Positions 1-12,914 are shown, counted from the first letter of the stretch. The stretch is 64,000 bases of DNA from Octopus sinensis (GCF_006345805.1 NC_043003.1:10292001-10356000), one strand, 5' to 3'. Notes: a model not told the origin generated them from the sequence alone. A program made the numbers and translations.

Positions 1-295
1 GAATGCGAGGGAGCGTCTTTTCGAACATTCAGATTCGGATGTAAGCATCCGAGTTCGGAATACGTTTATTCAATTTAGCGCTAACTTTTACAGGTGTGTT
101 TTGCATGACAAAAAATGTCATTTAAATGTTTCATTTTCCACATTCAAGTCTTAGAATGTGAGTAAAGTTTTATTTGTTGTTATAGCTACAAGGAAGAATT
201 AAATTTACGTGATTCTTCTTTCCACGAAAGTCTTTTTAATTGCAACATTTGTAACCGGTCGCTATCATTTGCATTTTATATCTCTTTCTCTTGTG

Positions 296-411
296 CGGAT
301 ATCGGACGAAGATAGGGCAAGGCTGGTTGGCGCATTGGAGGGCCATCAAACCTGAAACTAGCAAACACATTTGGTATTAAAATGGGTACTGCTCGATCCG
401 TAGTAGCGACC
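296..411 (+). pseudogene. Degenerate N-terminal HTH of a Tc1/IS630-like transposase
   Basis: Hand translation with one frameshift gives RISDEDRARLVGALEGHQ/LKLANTFGIKMGTARSVVAT, resembling the HTH start of invertebrate Tc1/IS630-type transposases. It ends where the Chapaev3 relic begins. Confidence 0.5.
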
Positions 412-420
412 GCCTTCAAT

Positions 421-972
421 TATTTAGGATACAAAATAACAGTCGTCACGTGATTATAGGGCTCCAGCCATACCATTGGTATAGCAAACCTCATACTTTA
501 CCTTGTCCTTTTAGTCCATTGTCGCAAATGTTCTGTACATTGTTTGCAGACACCATATGGTGCCCAGTATTTATCTTGGTCTCCCAGCTTGACCCCAAAA
601 TATGCCATATACGCTCCTTCAACAAAATCAGTGATGTTTTTTTCGTTTTTCAGGTAATGTATATTCTCCACAAACATAACGAAATATATTTGGAGAATTA
701 ACGCAACACTTTCTTGAAGAGGACATCTTGCTCATTTTCAACTACTTAGTTCATCACAACATCTAAAAAAAGAAAAAAAACCTTGGAATTAGAATAAGGT
801 AACGAACACTGCGTACTGGACGTACACACATACATAGTGGCTATAGGGATGTTAAATTACTTAAAGAATAGATCTGATAGGTCAAAAAGAAGGTTATATT
901 TGGATTCAGGAAACCGATTTTGTACAGGAATGATATCTATTTCCTAAACACCAGAAACCTTGTAGATCAGTG
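421..972 (-). mobile_element. Chapaev3 (CMC) DNA transposon, 5' end with frameshifted transposase N-terminus
   Basis: Minus strand from ATG at 735 reads MSKMSSSRKCCVNSPNIFRYVCGEYTLPEKRK/ITDFVEGAYMAYFGVKLGDQDKYWAPYGVCKQCTEHLRQWTKRTR*SMRFAIPMVWLEPYNH/DDCYF, the hallmark Chapaev3 Cys-rich motifs. The terminus CACTG at 972 is flanked by TAA, a TWA target. Confidence 0.85.
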
Positions 973-974
973 TA

Positions 975-1125
975 ATAAATTAGTGGAAATAGAACTGGTG
1001 AGTATGCTTGATAATAAGGTATTAAGACATTATGACGCTCTCCATACACCACAAAATTTACTTCAGCACACGAATCCACATAAAGAATCTTGCAAGCTAG
1101 ATGCAAAGACGAAATATGTATGTGC
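975..1125 (+). repeat. Diverged copy of the repeat forming the 4086-4420 foldback
   Basis: Similar to 4283-4420 (gtggaaat...tgac(g)ctctcc...cttca(g/a)cacacgaat(c/t)ca...taaagaat(c/t)ttgcaa). Confidence 0.6.
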
Positions 1126-1355
1126 ATTTATATATATATATAACAACTTGCATGAGAACATGCGTGCACGTCGCTCCAGGTTTCTATATTCATCAGCTCT
1201 CGACTACAGATCACAGCAATTGCATCATATTCTCACAGATGGACTTCATGCAGCAGGGCCGAACATCATTGCTATACAGAATATCAGGGTTCTTTTAGTC
1301 CACACCATCGATACAACCTTGCAAGCGCTTACTCAGCAATTTTTACTAGGGCATA

Positions 1356-1872
1356 TCTCTATATATAAAACTGTAGTTGTGTGAGTGTCTATCTCCTACG
1401 ATTTAGATTCCTAACTCCTCCCACATTTTGCGGTGCAGTTTAACCAAATTCGGGTATCTTATAGTCGTGATTAATATCAAGCCCGTCTGGCTATTAGCGC
1501 GCGTCTACGATGAGTCTACGATTTTAAAAATAATTTAACATCATATTTTATTCCATTTTAATGCATATTTTTTCGTGTGTCGATGGCGGCGGAGTTGGCG
1601 TCCACGCTCAAACACCTGCACCCGTGTTTGCTTCTCCCCCTTCTTCCCTCCCTCGTGAAGCTGTGGGGAAGGGAGTTTAAGGAAATCAACGTCGTAATGC
1701 GTTGTCAAGGAGACCAGCGTTCTTTTAGAACAACGACTTCATGGCTTGAAGACACCAAAACAGAAATGGCTAAGAAAGCCCGAATTGGCATCTATAAGGG
1801 AAGTAACTCTCTAAAAATGCTTATATAGTTATTTCCCTTACAAACCCGAGCAACGCCGGGCGATACTGCTAG
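1356..1872 (+). mobile_element. Non-autonomous Helitron
   Basis: A|TC 5' end, subterminal hairpin CCCGAGCAACGCCGGG, CTAG|T 3' end. The same 3' end occurs in three other copies. Confidence 0.85.
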
Positions 1873-2214
1873 TTTTTTCATAAAAACGAGACGATTCACT
1901 TGGTCACCACTCAGAGCATTTCAATATATTTGCGTGATGAGATATGATCTGCTTTGTTGTCTTACAATAGAAATAAGTGTTAATCCCCCGTAACATTTAA
2001 AATAGTCACAAAAGAAACATTAAACTTAAATAGGGTGTGACATCCACCGATCTTTATAATTTCGTCATTGTTTGACTCTGACTCTGTTTATTTCATAATA
2101 AATTTGATACGCGTCTATCGTAACAGCTGCATGAAACCAAAGTACGTTAGTCAATCCGTTTCTTTCAATTCTCTTTGTATGTGAAAGCATGTATGTACTT
2201 ATCTTTTTTTTTTT

Positions 2215-2410
2215 TTTTGTTACAGACATTTGACTGCGGCCATGCTGGTGCACCGCCTTTAGTCGAGCAAATCAACCCCCCAGGACTTATTCTTTGTAAG
2301 CCTAGTACTTATTCTATCGGTCTCTTTTGCCGAACCGCTAAACTACAAGGGACGTAAACACACCACCATCAGTTGTTAAGCGATGGTGGGGAGACAAACA
2401 CAGACACACA

Positions 2411-2473
<63 letters not shown>

Positions 2474-2522
2474 GACGGGCTTCTTTCAGTTTCCGTCTAC
2501 CAAATCCACTCACAAGGCTTTG
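2215..2522 (-). mobile_element. SINE family A, head-less copy
   Basis: Matches the body and tail of the full copies (17150-17555, 54224-54677); internal (TA)n. Confidence 0.85.
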
Positions 2523-2860
2523 CTCCTTTGTCCATTCTTTGTCCATACTTACATGTATTTCAAAATTGTGTTATTTCTAGTAAACTGACTCAGTATTGCA
2601 TATTTATTCAGCTACAATGAAGTGCCAGCCCTTAGGCAAAATTAAGCATCTTGGTTAATTTTTATGAACAAACTTTTGCGCTCTGTAAAATTTCGTTCAA
2701 GTGAGATGTCTGGTGATTCTAAGACATTAGATGTTTGCACTCACTAGGCTTTGGGTAGTATACTAGAATGAAATCTATCCCAAGAATATCCTTTGGTAAC
2801 AGAGTCGTATCAAATTAAAGAAACTCAGTTCCATGGAGAGACCTGTCTCAAATTTATACT

Positions 2861-3236
2861 GAAGAGTGGCTGTGTGGTACACATGGTTCCGGATTCGGTC
2901 CCACTGTGTGGCACCTTGGGCAAGTGTCTTCTACTATAGCCTCGGGCTGCCCAAAGCCTTGTGAGTGGATTTGGTAGACGCAAACTGAAAGAAGCCCGTC
3001 GTATATATGTATGTGTGTGTGTGTTTGTGTGTCTGTGTTTGTCCCCCTAGCATTGATTGACAACCGATGCTGGTGTGTTTACGTCCCCGTCACTTAGCGG
3101 TTCAGCAAAAGAATCCGATAGAATAAGTACTAGGCTTACAAAGAATAAGCCCTGGGGTCGGTTTGCTCGACTAAAGGTGGTGCTCCAGCATGGCCACAGT
3201 CAAATGACTGAAACAAATAAAAGAGTAAAAGAGTAA
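2861..3236 (+). mobile_element. SINE family A (tRNA-derived head, CCTTGGGCAAGT core, internal microsatellite, CR1-like tail)
   Basis: GAGTGGCTGTGTGG...GGTTCCGG head; tail GGTGCTCCAGCATGGCCACAGTCAAATGACTGAAAC followed by (AAAGAGTA)n. Confidence 0.9.
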
Positions 3237-4085
3237 TATAGGAAAATTTAGCAACGTGTTTAATTTACTCTAATTAATAAGAGAATTCTTTTCATGCAGC
3301 AAAGAACTATATCATCTTACTCATTAGACGTTCTGAGGTTTCGGTGAATGGACTATGCTTTGCTGAGGAGGTAGGATATACTAGAAACATGTGCGGAGTT
3401 ACCGTAGCTGTTAAAGTTCAAGTAACCCCCTGCATAAATCCATGTAACTTTTGAAATTTTGGAAGTTCTCTCCCTTCAATAGTTCATGCACAATTCATGT
3501 CTAATTGATTTCTTCTTCTTTCCATTACCGTTAAAATTTCATTACGGTTGCAATTTCATTTGATTGAACATCATTTTCGGTTCACCACATCTATTACATT
3601 AATCTGTACTTATCACTATGCCCTTCACGCAGACGACACTCTTGAAAAATTCTTCAAACGTCATTATGTTTATTTGTATGTGAGCGTGTCAGTATATGAA
3701 TGTGTGTCTGTATGATTTGTGTGTGTGTGTGTGTGATGTGCACTTGTGTATATGTTGTAGTAATTAAATAAACTTATTGCGGTAATTATAAGGAACAGTA
3801 AAACATGGTTGAGTTATTTGCCGCAGGTGACAGTTGAAGGATTGTCTGAAATTTTAATTAACATTAAAGAGAGGAAGACATTTTATTGATTATCACTAGA
3901 TCAAGTTTGTACATTCAACTTGTCACCTGTTTGTGATTTTTGTTTTAAATGTAGGACTATAACAGAGAAATAATATTAAAGTTTGATAAAACGAACGTCT
4001 GTACCAAATCGATAAACCGAAACTTTCTCCCAACGATTAACATTTTCAAGCTGAAATACAGATTTGTATTGTATCATTATTTCTG

Positions 4086-4420
4086 CTGTTGTGTCTGGGG
4101 AGAGTCATTTTCTTTTTGTGCCTTATAATGTAACACACTCACCGGTAAAATTTCCACGCATTTCTTATTTTTATTTTCCTAAAATTTTCGTTGCGTCTTG
4201 CAACCTTTTCAATAGTCTTGACTCTCATATTGAAAAGGTTGCAAGACGCAACGAAAATTTTAGGAGAATAAAAATAAGAAAAAAGTGGAAATTTTACCGA
4301 TAGGTGTGTTACATTATAAGGCACAAAAAGAAAATGACTCTCCCCAGACACAACAGAATATGCTTCAACACACGAATTCAAATAAAGAATTTTGCAAACC
4401 AAATCCCAAAACGAAAATAT
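4086..4420. mobile_element. Penelope-like foldback relic with hammerhead-like motifs
   Basis: Inverted arms 4086-4214 and 4228-4356 with a 13-nt spacer; the right arm continues to about 4420. Confidence 0.7.
4179..4215 (-). ncRNA. Minimal hammerhead-like motif, U3:A8 variant (mirror copy about 4228-4262 on +)
   Basis: CUA-UUGAAAA-G-GUUGC-AAGAC-GCAAC-GAAA-AUU-U-UAG: 3-bp stem I, 5-bp stem II, palindromic AAUU stem III. Confidence 0.5.
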
Positions 4421-4747
4421 TTCTGCTATTTTCTGTTATAAAGGCGCGTGACATAGTGACTAAGGTTTTACACTGACGACAATGTGATCTCGGTTTCGAT
4501 TATTACCGGAGCAAAATACTTCTTTTCACGTTGGTCCAATCCACTCAACAGCAAATGAGTAACATCTCAACACACTTTTGTCCCGTCCAAGGCGGCTGAT
4601 CTGCTTTAGGTTGCTTATACGCAATGGAAACCGGGTAACCAAGTCCATGACTTTTTCGACTCAAGACAGGGGATTTACCTTACCCTTTTAATTTGCTGTT
4701 ATTTCCCTGATGTTTATATCTAAACTGTGAATGCGAATAGCTTATTG

Positions 4748-5035
4748 GTTTGGGTATGCGGTTCCCGATCGTAAGATCGTGTGTTTGATTCCTGGTGGCG
4801 CATTGTGATACTTTATTTCGTGTTATTCCAGTTCACTCAGCTGGCAAAAATGAGTTGTACCTGTAATTCAAAGAGGTCAGTCTTGTCACATTGTGTCATG
4901 CTGAATCTCCCTGAGAACTACATTAAGAATACCCGTGTCTGTGGAGTGTTCATCCACTTGCACGTAAATTTCACGAGCAGGCTGTTCCGTGCATCGGACC
5001 AAATAAAGCAAACGTCCTCGTAACTGACGCAATTC
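4748..5035 (+). mobile_element. SINE family B-related, degenerate
   Basis: 3' half matches 12350-12525 (gctgaatctccc-gagaactac...cacgagcaggctgttccg). Confidence 0.75.
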
Positions 5036-5321
5036 GTTTATATAAGTGTAATGTAATTTGAGACACTGTACCGTTTCGACCTTATTGTGTGTCTCCTAAG
5101 GAGCCTCCCAATCAAGGATTCTAACTGGAGTACTGTTTCTATAGAACTTAGCGATCAAAATATTTGCTGCTGTGTACTGATGACTACCAAATGAATAATA
5201 ATCTTTGAGATGCACGCTGAGAAGCAAGAAATATACAATAATGTGTCTTTTCATAAGCTGTAGGAATAAGGAAACTGCATGTAGTAACTGACACTTTTTG
5301 GGATACAGTGACGAGGGCTCC

Positions 5322-5582
5322 AATTGATGCGATTAACGGAACAGCCTGTTCGTGAAATTAACAAACAAGTGAACCCTTAATGTAGTTCTCAAGGACTTTC
5401 AGCGTGACGCAGAGTGTGACGAAGTTGGCCCTTTAAAATATAATCACTACTCAGTTTTGCCTGCAGAATGGACTGGAGTAATGTGAAATAAAGTGTCTTG
5501 CTGAAAGACACACGCATCGCCGGGAATTGAACACACGACCTAACGATCGTGAGCCGAATACCCTGACCACTAAGCCATGTAC
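5322..5582 (-). mobile_element. SINE family B-related, degenerate
   Basis: Reverse complement of a tRNA-like head and the family B 3' half. Confidence 0.75.
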
Positions 5583-6717
5583 CTAAGATCGTGCCAGACT
5601 CTCACAAAGTCGCACAATAGGTGTAAGTGTAACGAAAAGATTTCGGCGAGGAAATCGAGTTGCCATGTAAATCTCGTCCATCTGATAATTTCTCTCGGCA
5701 CCAGTTATGCGAGATTTGCAATAAATACCAAATCTGAAATACGTTACTTTCCTGATTGAAAAAAAAAGAAAAGCGCCTGTCAAAGTAGATGGATGTAGAA
5801 TATTGGGAAGGTCTACTCTGCTGACATTGAAATGAGAAACTATAAAATCAATGTTATTATCTAAGCCTTGAGTAAACTACACATTAAAGCGAGGATTATG
5901 GCCAAGAAAAGCTTTTGCCTTCAAACCTAATTTGCGAGTTTGTACCACCCCAAGCTTGCTCTCTATGTTTAAGCAAGACATTAAAACCACTCCAATCCAA
6001 ATTTATGGAATTGTTAATATGGTTAAGGAAGATTATTGAGAACATAAAATACCGGATTTTGCCTTTCATTACGATATAATCGATGTTGAAAACATCAATA
6101 ACACTTTGCGAATGATGTGATCAGTAATGTACCTTTGTAAAAATAGTTACATCGGGTGTAAATAAAATATTCGGCTAATCTACTTGACAAGAGACATACT
6201 TAGTGTCGAAGACAAACTGACCACAATGCTAAATTGACCACAGAGCAAGCTGATGATATTGTTAAGTTTAGTTATTGTAAAAAAATGTTTTTTAATTATT
6301 TCTCTTCCTGAAGATATTGTTCGATAAATTAACATCTGAATAGTTGCAAACAGTGAGTCGTATACAGTTTATCTTTATACCTATGGGTCCAAGGGATATT
6401 CTGGGTGACAATAAAATGGTGACTATACCAAATTCATTATACTATATTCAGTACTCAACCATGAATACTATCTATTTATCTCTTTGTCTATCTGTTCCTC
6501 TCTCTGCCTGTTATCTATCAATACGTATGTATATGTATATATATATTGTATGTATATACATACATATATACATGCACACTCACACACAGGCACACACATA
6601 TGCTTAGTTCTATACATACGTACCTACATGTGTGTTGAATGTACCATAATAGGTTTGGTGTAAATATCATATAGGTATATATGTAATATATATATATGTA
6701 AGTGTGTGCGTGTATGT

Positions 6718-6771
<54 letters not shown>

Positions 6772-7359
6772 TTTATTTATATTTATATATATTATATATG
6801 TGCGAACCTTTTCTATTCTGTTTGTATATGTCTTTAACACGGCGTAATGACTAAGAAAAACAACCGGTTTTATCTATTATTCTCTTCAACACTAAGTCCG
6901 ATATTTATTCGGCTCTAGAAATAAATGTTAGTTAATGAAACCTCTATACAGCAATACAATTTTGACAACCACTCTCAATCTAAGCAGGAATGACTCAATT
7001 ACTGTTTGAAGTATTTACTTTCTTACTATAATCTTAATCTAATCTGACGATTTCTATAAAACAAGGCAGCTACAAAATGGCGGTATTTAATATTAGATGA
7101 AGTGTGATGCAACAGATGTTTAGTAATCGAAAGGAAACATGATAAAATGTACATGAAATTTTTCTATGATTTTTTTCGCATATTTTCTTGTTCAAGACAT
7201 TGGACCACGACCATTCTGGGGCACTGCCTTGTTTATTATCTTTCACTGCTAATTTACGGGCGCATAAACGTTGCCAAGTAGAAGTGGGGAAAATCACAAA
7301 GACACATACATATACACGTGTGTAGACAAAAATATGCCTATATATGCAAGTGTGGCATA

Positions 7360-7478
7360 TTGGGGAAGTGTCTTCTACTATAGCCTCGAGCCAATCAAAG
7401 CCTTGTGAGTGGATTTGGTAGACGGAAACCTGAAAGAAGCCCGTCGTATATATATATATTTATGTGTGTGTGTGTGTG
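7360..7478 (+). mobile_element. SINE family A fragment
   Basis: aagtgtcttctactatagcctc...gaaagaagcccgtcg motif. Confidence 0.8.
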
Positions 7479-7479
7479 T

Positions 7480-7636
7480 ATCAGGAAATGTGTAAAACAA
7501 AAAATACGAAGTACGAGTACATTGAATATGAACTATTTTTTGAACAACGAAAGGCACGAATGGAAAACAAGACAAACAACTTTAAAAACGACCCTTCATC
7601 AGTTGTTGGCTGTTTTTCTACTCTCGTATTTCGAGC

Positions 7637-7640
<4 letters not shown>
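7480..7640 (-). mobile_element. Penelope-like pLTR fragment
   Basis: Minus strand GCTCGAAA...ACAACTGATGAAGGGTCG; homologous to 22470-22615; abuts (TA)n. Confidence 0.55.
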
Positions 7641-7685
<45 letters not shown>

Positions 7686-7924
7686 CATCGTCAGCTTTAT
7701 ATATCGTATCCGAGAAGTTAGCTTCTTCCATGGTGATACTTTTCTCGCATAGAATAATTGCAATACCAATTCTTGCATAGAAGGTATCATAGAAGACTGC
7801 ATGGTAATGCTAATGGAGGACGTGGTTTTATTTTGTCGAGACTCTCTCCTGACATTTAATATATGTATGTACATATATATATATATATATATATATAGTA
7901 TATACAAGTAAAAAAAATATTATA

Positions 7925-8300
7925 ATATTTTGGTTTGGTTTACAAGATTCTTGATGTGAACACGTGTTTTTACATCTAGAATAGTTTGTTTTATCTTGGG
8001 AGGGCCATTATATCAATAATAAACACATGCACTGGATCTATTTCAGTTCTTTTTTTCTTTCTTACAGGTCAGTTAGTTAGTATTTAACCAATTGTCTAAT
8101 TAATGGTTTGAAAAATAGTTTATGATTCATTACGCGAGACATTAATCAAACAATCGATAGTTAATTGTTCAAATATTAATTGACTGGTAATAATAAAGGA
8201 AGTGAAATAAAACCAGGCCCTATTTTTATTATCGGCGTTACGGCCCTCCCAAGATGCTATAAAATACTTGATACATGTTAAAGGAATTTTTATTTCATAA
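7925..8300. repeat. Degenerate foldback related to the 975 and 4300 repeats
   Basis: atcttgggagggcc (about 7993) is inverted relative to ggccctcccaagat (about 8241); flanks are also loosely inverted. Confidence 0.5.
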
Positions 8301-8879
8301 CAAAGAATGGATTTCGGTTGAATAACCACGAATTTGTATGGTTGAAAGAAACAAATGCGGTTTTGGTCTGTACAACGATTTAATTACTCTAAGCCTTTCA
8401 GACTTGAGAGAGGAATAAAGAACAAAAGCAACAAAGCGAGATCGATTCGATAATGTAAGAGAACAAATTAGAAATTGATTTTCAATTTGGTTGTTTTACG
8501 GATGTGAAAATTATCTTAAAATGAATCGAAAGGATTTCAAATCGGTAGCGAAACACAATCTATTGATTCAACATTATCGATTATAATTATTTACAATTTG
8601 TCTTTAAAGCAGAAATTGCCGCTGAATACGTAAAAGATACGGTGCTTCTTTATCAAAGGCGTAAAATAAAGTAAGAACATCAAATAAGAAGTGACACACA
8701 AGAATTTCAAAAGAAAATATGGTGTTGAATTTTGCTGAGCTAAAGCAACTGAGATTATTTACAAGACACATAGAAGACATCAAATGTTTACAATCGAATA
8801 TCGATGCTATTTGATTTTTATGTTATCTGTACAGGACAGCATGACTTTCACTGGTGACTCATTAAAATATATTGATGAA

Positions 8880-9510
8880 GTATTCTTTTCTACTTTAAGC
8901 ACAAGGTCCGAAATTGTGGGAGAGGGGGTGGGGGCAGTCGATTTGATTGTCCTCAGTACGCATCTGGTACTTAATTTATAGATCCCGAAAGGATAAAAGG
9001 CAAAGTCGACCTCGGCGGAATTTGAACTCAGAACGTAAAGACATAGGAAATACCTATTTCTTTACTACCCACAAGGGGGCTAAACACAGAGGGGAGAAAC
9101 AAGGACAGACAAAGGAATTAAGTCGATTATATTGACCCCAGTGCGTAACTGGTACTTATTTAATCGACCCCGAAAGGATGAAAGGCAAAGTCGACTTCGG
9201 CGGAATTTGAACTCAGAAAGTAGCGGCAAACGAAATACCGCTAAGCATTTCGCTAACGTTTCCGCCAGCTCGCCGCCTTCGTATTGACGAAATATTCTTT
9301 TCCTATTCTAGGCACAAGACCCGAAATTTTGGGGTAGGGTGCCAGTCGACTAGATCGACCCCGGTACGAAACTGGTATTTAATTTATCAACCCCGAAAGT
9401 ATGAAATGCAAAGTCGACCTCGGCGGAATTTGAACTCAGAACGTAAAAACAGACGAAATACTGCTAAGCATTTCATCCAGCGTGCTAACGATTCTGCCAT
9501 CTCGCCGCCT
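8880..9510 (-). mobile_element. Array of SINE family C copies
   Basis: Three GTCGACTTTGC(C/A)TTT...GGGGTCGA cores, head GGCGGCGAGCTGGC, two alternative tails. Confidence 0.9.
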
Positions 9511-9840
9511 TGTCCCGTAAGAATAATAGCTAAAGATGGTCTTAGAGTGATTTGAATTCAGCCCAGAGTGTAAATTATCGAAAAAAAATATCACAATGCA
9601 TTCTCTGCGACAAACTAAAAATTCTGCCAACTTAACTCACTTCAGTAAATTTCACTTCGAGTGGAATCTATTTAACAGCCAAGTGGACTGATAAGTGTCT
9701 TTGTCAAGTGCACAAAAGTGATGTTAGTAACAGGATACATAGCTTTGAGTACACGAATCAGATACGTTTCCAATCGATTTTTTTCTTTGTTAGCTACATT
9801 TACAGTAGCTTTAGTTATAATAATAGACAGCAACCAGATA

Positions 9841-10055
9841 GGAGGGGCTGCTGAAAAGTTCCTGGCTTTAAGGGTGTCATGAAAGGCCTGGTTGGTGGCC
9901 CAATCTTTTGAGTTCTTTTGCGGAGCTTCGAAAAACTGAAGGACCACTGCAATAAGTGTGTGAATCTGAGCGGGGAATATGTTGAATAAAATCATAATTA
10001 ACTGATCTTCCTGTAATTTTTTTTAGCCAGAGCCAAAAACTATTCAGCACTCTAC
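9841..10055 (+). mobile_element. Mariner-derived MITE
   Basis: TA-flanked imperfect TIRs (GGAGGGGCTGCTGAAAAGTTCCTGGCT / AGCCAAAAACTATTCAGCAC); internal EKLKDHCNKCVNLSGEYVE* is a mariner transposase C-terminus. Confidence 0.8.
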
Positions 10056-10558
10056 TACACATTTACACATATATAAAGCAAACACGCACACGCACATTGC
10101 TTTCGTCTCTAAATTCTGTCACTGGAACGTGGCCAGGCTGGGGCATTGCTTTTAGCACTTATAGTCGATTATATCTGAACCAGGAATTTGTCAGGTAGTT
10201 ATTTTCTCGACACATATTAAGCTGAGAGAAAGACAAAGTCAACACAGGACTAAGTATATATGTAACCATATATGACGAAGGACGTCATCTATTAATTCTG
10301 TAACTTTATAAATAGGACCGAAACTGTGTAGCGTTCAGTAGCTTATTGATCTGTTTGATCTGTTTGTTCAGCGCCTACTCTGCATTGTCTGTGTTTTTGT
10401 CTTCGTGTAACTGTGTGTGTGTGTGTGTATTCTTTTATTCGTCTATTCTTTTATATGTTTCAGTTTTGAGGCTGCGCCGATGCTGGGGTACCGCCGGGGA
10501 AAAAGCTGCAAAGCATTTTGGCTGGCATGCTAATGCTTCTGCCAGCTTGCATGTATGT

Positions 10559-10618
<60 letters not shown>

Positions 10619-10713
10619 TGTGTGTGTGTATGTATGTATGATTATGTATGTATATATATATATAGAGAGAGAGAGGAGAGAGAGAGAAATAAGTAGATAA
10701 ATGTGCGTATCTA

Positions 10714-10760
<47 letters not shown>

Positions 10761-10855
10761 TATATGTATGTATGTATATTCATATATATATATATACATA
10801 CATTATATATATGTATATATATATATTTATATGTATTATATATATATACATATGT

Positions 10856-11035
10856 AGTAAAGATTATTTGCCAACATTACGTGGCAGTCCTGGTTAGGAC
10901 GAATGTTACTGTTATTAATCCCCAGGAATCATCGTCTCCAGCTGGTTATACGGCACACTGGAGCCCTGTGACTAAATAGCAATAACATTCGTCCTAACCA
11001 GGGCTGCCACGTTATGTTGGAAAATAATGTTTGCT
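10856..11035. mobile_element. Short foldback (hairpin) element
   Basis: About 60-bp inverted arms, 10856-10916 and 10975-11035; the spacer shares CATCGTCTCCAGCTGG...GGCACACT with 53905-54136. Confidence 0.75.
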
Positions 11036-11363
11036 CTAGAGTACTGTCACTGAATTTCTCTCGTTGAGAGAATTACAAACTCTAATTTTGTAGCATATAT
11101 ATATATATATATATATAATATATATATATATATATAATATATATATATATATATAATTACAAAATGAGAAAAAAAAAGGCAAAAATTGTCAATAACCATT
11201 ATAATTTATGCGTCTCGAAACAAACTTTTTTTCGGCATATTTGGCAATAGAATTTTTCTTCTGCCCTCATTTTGTAAATTATTTATAAATTCAAAGGTAT
11301 TTTTTGATATGCTGACCATTGATAAATTTTTTTTCCCGAAAAAAATTTTATCCTACATTAGGT

Positions 11364-11398
<35 letters not shown>

Positions 11399-11399
11399 T

Positions 11400-11770
11400 C
11401 TTTTCGTCTTCTTTTACGTGTTTCAGTATTAGAATGCGCCAATGCTGGAACAGCGCTTGAAGAATTTTAGTGGAATGAATCGACCACATTAATTATTTTT
11501 TAAGCTTGGTACACATTCTGCCGGACTCTTTTTCCGAACCGTAGACGCACCAGCAATGGTTATCAAGCGTTGGTCAAGGACAAATTCACACACACACACC
11601 ACACACACACACATGTGTATGAGATTGGCTTCTCTCAGTCTCCCTGTATCAAATTCCTTCACGAAACTTTGGTCGGTCCGAGGCAGTAGTAGAACACACT
11701 TGACTAAAGTGTCACGAGGTGGATCTGGACCTGGAACCACGTGACTCAGAAGCAAGACTCTAACCACGCA
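11400..11770 (-). mobile_element. SINE family A, old diverged copy
   Basis: Colinear similarity to the family A copies throughout. Confidence 0.75.
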
Positions 11771-12148
11771 GACCGTTTTATCTTTTGATTATTTTTATGG
11801 TGTCCTTGAGAGTTCTGCTTTCTGAGCTCTGTACGGTATATAGTCCGAATAATTTCAGGCTCATCAATGTAATAAATTGGTACAGATAATATAACGAAGA
11901 AAAGTCTAATTTATCCATAATAACACAATGAAGAGTATAATTCGCATTTTATATCTTTGTTCAAATGTGTTTATCAGAGCAGTACAGCAGGGACATTGTC
12001 TAGAAACCGAATGTTTCTGCCACTCGTTATTTCAATTTCTATACGTAATTAATTAATTTAGATTTTATTGAGAGATACGAAAATAAATAATTGCTTTAAT
12101 TACATTCATTTTGGTGTATCGTACCGACAATAAGAGTACTTTGGGATT

Positions 12149-12535
12149 GTGGAGGCGCAATGGCCCAGTGGTTAGGGCAGCGGACTCGCGGTCATAGGAT
12201 CGCGGTTTCGATTTCAAGACTGGGCGTTGTGAGTGTTTATTGAGCGAAAACACCTAAGCTCCACGAGGCTCCGGCAGGGGATGGTGGTGATCCCTGCTGT
12301 ACTCTTTCACCACAACTTTCTCTCACTCTTACTTCCTGTTTCTGTTGTACCTGTATTTCAAAGGGCCGGCCTTGTCACTCTCTGTGTCACACTGAATATC
12401 CCCGAGAACTACGTTAAGGGTACATGTGTCTGTGGAGTGCTCAGTCACTTACACGTTAATTTCACGAGCAGGCTGTTCCGCTGATTCGGATCAACCGGAA
12501 CCCTCGTCGTCGTAACCGACGGAGTGCTTCCTCCC
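12149..12535 (+). mobile_element. SINE family B, full length (Arg-tRNA-like head)
   Basis: A box TGGCCCAGTGG, anticodon-like ACTCGCG, B box GTTTCGATT; 12-bp TSD TACTTTGGGATT (12137-12148 and 12536-12547). Confidence 0.92.
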
Positions 12536-12914
12536 TACTTTGGGATTAAGCTATCACTTTAAACGAATTGTTTTTGTAAGTATAAACTGAACTTCAACGT
12601 TTTCTTCCGTGAACGAGAAATAGCTACGCATTCGTTTGTGTGTATATACACGGCTGTGGTTGAGCGCTTGGATTTACAAATGTATGTAACACATGTATAT
12701 CCGTATCTGTGTGTGTTACTGACTGTGTGTGTACATATCTATACATATATATTCACTCATATACATATATTGAAATGTTAACCATTAGCTTTTTGGTGGT
12801 ATAAATTGTACATTACGGTAACATTAAATATTTGTCTGGCAGTGTAATTCACATTTTATATCTTTATTCAAATATGTTGATCAGAGCAGTACAGCAGGGA
12901 CATTGTCTAGAAGA

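Noticed and set aside
94-157. Plus-strand exon-like segment (tttacag...gtgagt)
   Set aside because: Stops in all three frames and no partner exon; adjacent to transposon relics.
1170-1200. Minus-strand CTGATGA-ATATA-GAAAC
   Set aside because: No stem II, no NUH triplet and no stem I closure.
920-1384. 154-aa ORF
   Set aside because: Crosses the Chapaev3 terminus, a dispersed repeat, a TA run and the Helitron start, so it is a chimeric chance frame.
5890-6040. Possible MULE transposase trace (...SLYH...NPNLW)
   Set aside because: Too degenerate, with multiple stops; not supportable without a profile search.
12149-12225. tRNA-like sequences (also 19365, 49320, 55529)
   Set aside because: They have A/B boxes but no complete cloverleaf, and most continue into SINE bodies, some with TSDs.
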